From contig OZ241917.1 in the NCBI GenBank assembly GCA_965203805.1, forward strand, positions 1,312,001-1,376,000: a stretch of 64,000 nt of DNA, written 5' to 3'. Below the pieces are notes generated by a model. The model worked only from the letters and a program-made list of their open reading frames with translations. It did not search any database and had not been told where the DNA came from. Below are positions 59,976-64,000 of the stretch, piece after piece; within the stretch, counting starts at the first letter, position 1; each line of letters begins with the position of its first letter. Source of the DNA: Candidatus Latescibacterota bacterium (GTDB taxonomy: Bacteria; Latescibacterota; UBA2968; GCA-2709665). A program made the position numbers and the translations under genes.

Positions 59976-62900
59976 GCCTCAGCAACAATCAGCCAAGTGA
60001 TTAGCTCAAAGTCAGAGTTACTCGGTTTCGCAGATTTAATTGGGAGTCTGGATTCGCGTTGACCTTGAATACCAAGCTCTCTTATCTGCGTTGCCGTGTT
60101 CGCGCCACCGATTTCAGCAATGACCGCGTTCAACAGCTTGTCGTAACTTGCCATGTCTTTCCCGTTCTGTGTTTCTCGATCAAACTGATCGCACAAAGCT
60201 TGAATGGGTTCGGTCTTTCCTATGGCCACCGACTCGAACAACTCGAGCACTTGGCGCGCGTTGGCGCAACCGTACCTAATTTGTCCAGTGCTGCGAATGT
60301 ACGCCAGATAGTATGGATGAATCGGACTCGCCATTTTTTCCCGTCTGTCTTTAGTTGCGTTGCGCCGCCGCAGGAAAAATATCACTCCCCGTGCCGGCGA
60401 ATTGTCTTCGCCGTGGGTTACCGCATACGCACCGTTCGGCGTTGTTTCCAATTCAGTCCTATTTCGTTCAAGATAGCGTAATAACTGTGAGAAGAAATAA
60501 TCCAGCGTGAAATCACTGATTACGACGCCATCCGTGACTTGGTCCAGATCGAGGACTTCCTCGCGTAGTTGCTGAAGTTGCCGGTCTCGAAAATTGAGCT
60601 CCCTCTGAACCCCGTCATATGTGTCTTCATCCAGGGGATCATCAGCCCCGCTTGCCGCCGCGTCGGCAAGCGCCATGCGTGCCTGCACCCGGCATTGCAG
60701 GCGCAGATAGACTTCCATATCGTCCGTAGGCCAGTAATTTATCATCCTTACCGCTTTGCTGCGGCTTCCAATCCTGTCGATGCGCCCGAAGCGCTGGATG
60801 ATTCGAATCGGATTCCAGTGGATATCGTAGTTCAGGACGGTATCGCAATCCTGCAGGTTTTGACCTTCCGAGATGCAGTCGGTCGCAATCAGCAAGTCAA
60901 TCTCACCGTTGATAGCGCCATTACGACCACGTGCCCTAGGCGAAAAATTGGTTAGAATGGCGTTGAAGTTGCGAGCGCCAAACTTCGCATGCGTCACGTC
61001 CCCCGCGACCATGGCCATATTCAAGCCTAATCCTTCCACTAAGCTACCTAAGTTTTCGTAGAGGTATTCCGCCGTATCCTTGAAGGTCGTAAAAATGAGA
61101 ATTTTGCGATTCAACCTGCCGTCCTTGTCCGTCGTTGGACTATTCACCCTGTTTCGAATGTGCTCTTTGATTTTTCTCAGCTTTCCGTCCCGGTCGGGTG
61201 AGATCGTCCGGACTTTCTGCCATGCCGCGTCAAGTGTTTCCTTATCTGTTAGTAGATCAGCCCTCCAGCGTGGCAGGTCGAGTTCACGCAGATGATAGGG
61301 ATTGCGTGCTCGATTAACGAGAAACTCCTCATCGTCATCATCATCGTCCGGAAGGATATCGGCTTGAGATGACACCGCAGCCCGGGTTTCCAGGAAACTG
61401 TCGATTTTTGCGACCAAATCGTCAATCTTCCTCACGGTCCGCCCAAGTGTTTCGGATAATGAATGCGCGGAGCTTTCCAATCGCTTGAGAAAGTTCGTCC
61501 GAATCATGCCAATGAGAAATCGCTCACGATCCTCCTGGTTGAATCTAAGGGTCCGTTTTTCATCCGCCAGTCGTCGTTTTGCCTCTTCACTGGTAACGTA
61601 TCTGGAAGGCCTGTAGACAGAAAGGGCGAATTCTTCTATCTGTTCAGCGAGACCCTTATACGAGAGTCTACCAGTCAGGTCGGTACGCGGATGGTGGTTT
61701 TCGGGTTTTCGTTGTATTGGGAATTCACCAATTCGATCCATTTCGTCGGCGTAGAATGTCTCGATCTGGCGTCGCGACCGGGCAATCGAAATTCCGCCTA
61801 ACAATCCGAAGAAATCTGCGCCTAGTTGTTCCAGCAGTTTTGATTTGTCCTTCTTCCCAGTCTGAGCAGTGGTGTTCTCCCATGACTTAAATTCCCTTTG
61901 GGCTTGCTTCAGCATCACATCAATATTGCCGATTCCCAAGCTCTCGCGAAATACATCCTGGCGTCCTTCCGTCATCAGGTAAATCTGATTACGAAGATCA
62001 ATTAGTGATGTGTTAACAGGGGTCGCCGAAAGCATTAGCACCTTTGTCTGCGTACCCTCCTTTATCACCTCTTCCAGCAAACGGGAATAGCGACTGTGTC
62101 GTATATTGCCGTATTCATCTTTTCGAGGCGTTGAGTCATTCCTGAAATTATGAGACTCGTCGATAACAACCATATCAAAATTCCGCCAATTGAAGTTCGC
62201 CAGTTCGATTTGCCCGGATCTTCCGCTAATTCGGGTCAGATCTGTATGCGAGAGCAACGTATATCCGAAGCGGTCGTCGTCGAAGGGATTGTTCTCATGT
62301 GCGTTATAGGCCGGATACAAAGCCCAATTATCGTGCAGCTTTTTGGGACACAATACCAGCACACGTTCATTTCTCAGCTCAAAGTATTTGATAACGGCAA
62401 GCGCAGTATATGTCTTTCCCAAACCCACGCTATCAGCCAGAATGCAACCGTTGTGTCTAAGCAAGCGTGTAATGACGCTCTTTGCGCCGTCCTTCTGAAA
62501 GTTGTACAACGCATTCCAGATAGCCGTATCGTACAGGTGCGTGTCTTTAATGTTCTGATCTCTAGCTTCCCTCGCATCGATATCGTCCCGGAATAACTGA
62601 TAAAGCGTCTTGAAATAGATCAGTTCCGGTGAATGGTCCTTGCCGATCCGGTTGAGAGCATCGAGAACATCCGTTTTTGCATTGCGGGTTAGTTTCGTGT
62701 CTGTCCACAGATCGTCAAACCACGCGCCCAATTCGGCACGAATTACCGAATCAGAGGCTGCGAGGTTGATTTCGACGTTTGCCCCCTCCTCGCAGCCAAG
62801 TCCCCTCTTGGTAAAGTTGGAACTCCCGACCACCGCCGCTCCTCCATCGGACGATTCAGTTAAATGCATCTTGCCGTGAAGAAAGTTGGATATTCCAATG

Positions 62901-63259
62901 GATCGAATACGGACACCCCTTCTTCGCACCCATTCCTCGCACCTTCGCGCCAGGTATTTCTGTTGGAGAACATGATGCGGCGAGAGGCCGTCCTCCGTCA
63001 GGTCGTAAGATTTCGGCTCTTTCTCTCCCGGGTCCAATTCACCCACGGATGCCGGATCGCCGAACAGAAAGCGGACATCTTTTAGGCCTCGAAGTTCGGA
63101 TTCCAAAGCCTCATATCCGTAAATCGTGAAATATGCTGAAACGAGGCGGTACACGTCGGCATCGGACAGGTGCGTGCGCAGAAAATCGGCAACGCTGTGG
63201 CGCCGATTGTCAAGAATATGCTCGTACGCGGAGAATTCAGCTTTTTTCGTATCGGTCAT
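59972..63259 (-). CDS. PLD-nuclease plus SNF2-type helicase (putative restriction subunit)
   Basis: FLHGK...GSSNFT (PLD), ADSVGLGKT, IDESHNFR, LSATP, SEGQNLQ and QRFGRIDRIG. Confidence 0.9.
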   Translation of the reverse strand: MTDTKKAEFSAYEHILDNRRHSVADFLRTHLSDADVYRLVSAYFTIYGYEALESELRGLKDVRFLFGDPASVGELDPGEKEPKSYDLTEDGLSPHHVLQQKYLARRCEEWVRRRGVRIRSIGISNFLHGKMHLTESSDGGAAVVGSSNFTKRGLGCEEGANVEINLAASDSVIRAELGAWFDDLWTDTKLTRNAKTDVLDALNRIGKDHSPELIYFKTLYQLFRDDIDAREARDQNIKDTHLYDTAIWNALYNFQKDGAKSVITRLLRHNGCILADSVGLGKTYTALAVIKYFELRNERVLVLCPKKLHDNWALYPAYNAHENNPFDDDRFGYTLLSHTDLTRISGRSGQIELANFNWRNFDMVVIDESHNFRNDSTPRKDEYGNIRHSRYSRLLEEVIKEGTQTKVLMLSATPVNTSLIDLRNQIYLMTEGRQDVFRESLGIGNIDVMLKQAQREFKSWENTTAQTGKKDKSKLLEQLGADFFGLLGGISIARSRRQIETFYADEMDRIGEFPIQRKPENHHPRTDLTGRLSYKGLAEQIEEFALSVYRPSRYVTSEEAKRRLADEKRTLRFNQEDRERFLIGMIRTNFLKRLESSAHSLSETLGRTVRKIDDLVAKIDSFLETRAAVSSQADILPDDDDDDEEFLVNRARNPYHLRELDLPRWRADLLTDKETLDAAWQKVRTISPDRDGKLRKIKEHIRNRVNSPTTDKDGRLNRKILIFTTFKDTAEYLYENLGSLVEGLGLNMAMVAGDVTHAKFGARNFNAILTNFSPRARGRNGAINGEIDLLIATDCISEGQNLQDCDTVLNYDIHWNPIRIIQRFGRIDRIGSRSKAVRMINYWPTDDMEVYLRLQCRVQARMALADAAASGADDPLDEDTYDGVQRELNFRDRQLQQLREEVLDLDQVTDGVVISDFTLDYFFSQLLRYLERNRTELETTPNGAYAVTHGEDNSPARGVIFFLRRRNATKDRREKMASPIHPYYLAYIRSTGQIRYGCANARQVLELFESVAIGKTEPIQALCDQFDRETQNGKDMASYDKLLNAVIAEIGGANTATQIRELGIQGQRESRLPIKSAKPSNSDFELITWLIVAEA

Positions 63260-63380
63260 CTACGCTCCAGAAAATCTGTAATCGCGGGCTTCACGCGAGG
63301 TATATTAGAATCTTACAGTAAGACGTCTACGCAAAATGCGTGCATGTTTATTGGTGCAGTTTGCTCACGTTCACGCGTTG

Positions 63381-63473
63381 TAATCCCCCCACCGCATCAG
63401 CCGTCGCCTGCCCTTCGACAGGCTCAGGGAACAGGCTCGGCTTCTGCGACTCCCCCTCAAGGGGGAGTGATTG
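63381..63473. repeat. REP-like composite hairpin
   Basis: ctccccctcaagggggag hairpin plus cccttcgacaggctcaggg; a related sequence lies on the opposite strand near 29936-29954. Confidence 0.45.
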
Positions 63474-63591
63474 CATTGTCAAACGGGCTCAGGCGTTCAC
63501 TTCAGTCAATTAGGTTGCGGCTGAACAAAACGAAGCCGCGATAGGGCACTCAGCGATCTCGATTCCCAACATTACCCGAAAGGACCTCCCG

Positions 63592-63969
63592 ATGAAAAAA
63601 CAACCGTTCACGAGTTCGAAAGGCAACATCCCCAAATTCCCGTATTCGCAGGCCATCATATACGGCGACCTGATATTTATCTCCGCGCAGCCGCCGGTGG
63701 ATCCGGAAACGGGGGACGTGGAGTCCGGCGACGTAAAGGCGCAGACCCGTCGTATCCTCGCCAACGTATCCGGCATCCTGGAAGACGTGGGCACTTCGCT
63801 GGACAACCTGCTCAAGGTCACCGTCTTCCTCAAAGACCGGTCGTTGTTTTCCGATTTCAACGACGCCTATGCCGGTTTCTTCCCGGAAAACCCGCCGGCG
63901 CGTTCACCGGTCTTCACCGACACCGGCGACTATCTCGTGACCATGGACTTTATCGCAGGCATGGATTGA
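63592..63969 (+). CDS. RidA/YjgF/UK114 family protein
   Basis: PYSQA, KVTVFL and PPARS. Confidence 0.92.
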   Translation: MKKQPFTSSKGNIPKFPYSQAIIYGDLIFISAQPPVDPETGDVESGDVKAQTRRILANVSGILEDVGTSLDNLLKVTVFLKDRSLFSDFNDAYAGFFPENPPARSPVFTDTGDYLVTMDFIAGMD

Positions 63970-64000
63970 GACCGGCGGCATAACGACCGGCCATCGGCTC

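Noticed and set aside
52640-63259. Assignment as DISARM or BREX
   Set aside because: No recognisable drmA/drmB or pglZ/brxC genes; only a PLD-SNF2 helicase and a methyltransferase.
63407-63435. Seventh member of the CCTG...CAGG family
   Set aside because: Only the outer 4 bp match, the core is a different CTTCGACAGGCTCAG repeat and the length is 29 bp; kept separate but noted as a caveat.

Overview
A GC-rich bacterial chromosome segment. Housekeeping and metabolic genes (aroQ, accD, a ManC-like nucleotidyltransferase, NadD-like, ferritin, a cusCBA-type heavy-metal efflux operon, GroES-like, tRNA-Leu, tRNA-Cys) lie between two accessory or defence regions. The left edge has a type I R-M hsdM (running off the window) and a two-gene cassette bracketed by an 82-bp duplication of a neighbouring gene's 3' end. 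The right third (about 43.3-63.3 kb, visibly less GC-rich) is a defence island with three main parts. (i) A five-gene operon: XRE-HTH, Cas4-like PD-(D/E)XK nuclease, long prokaryotic Argonaute with an apparent DEDD tetrad, an unknown helical protein and an HExxH metallopeptidase-like protein. The Argonaute is split by an IS1380 with a CTAG target duplication and reconstructs to 756 aa. (ii) An Eco57I/type IIG-like N6-adenine methyltransferase with a silent, inverted alternative C-terminal specificity domain next to a tyrosine recombinase, a likely shufflon. (iii) A PLD-SNF2 helicase followed by a chimeric gene fusing a paralog of the methyltransferase N-terminal domain to a sigma-70 factor (regions 1.2-4). 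Also present: an ORF-less group II intron inside the cus operon, two MITE-like elements, and six tiny CCTG...CAGG palindromic insertions whose lengths are all multiples of three. All family assignments come from motif recognition by eye; no database search was run.
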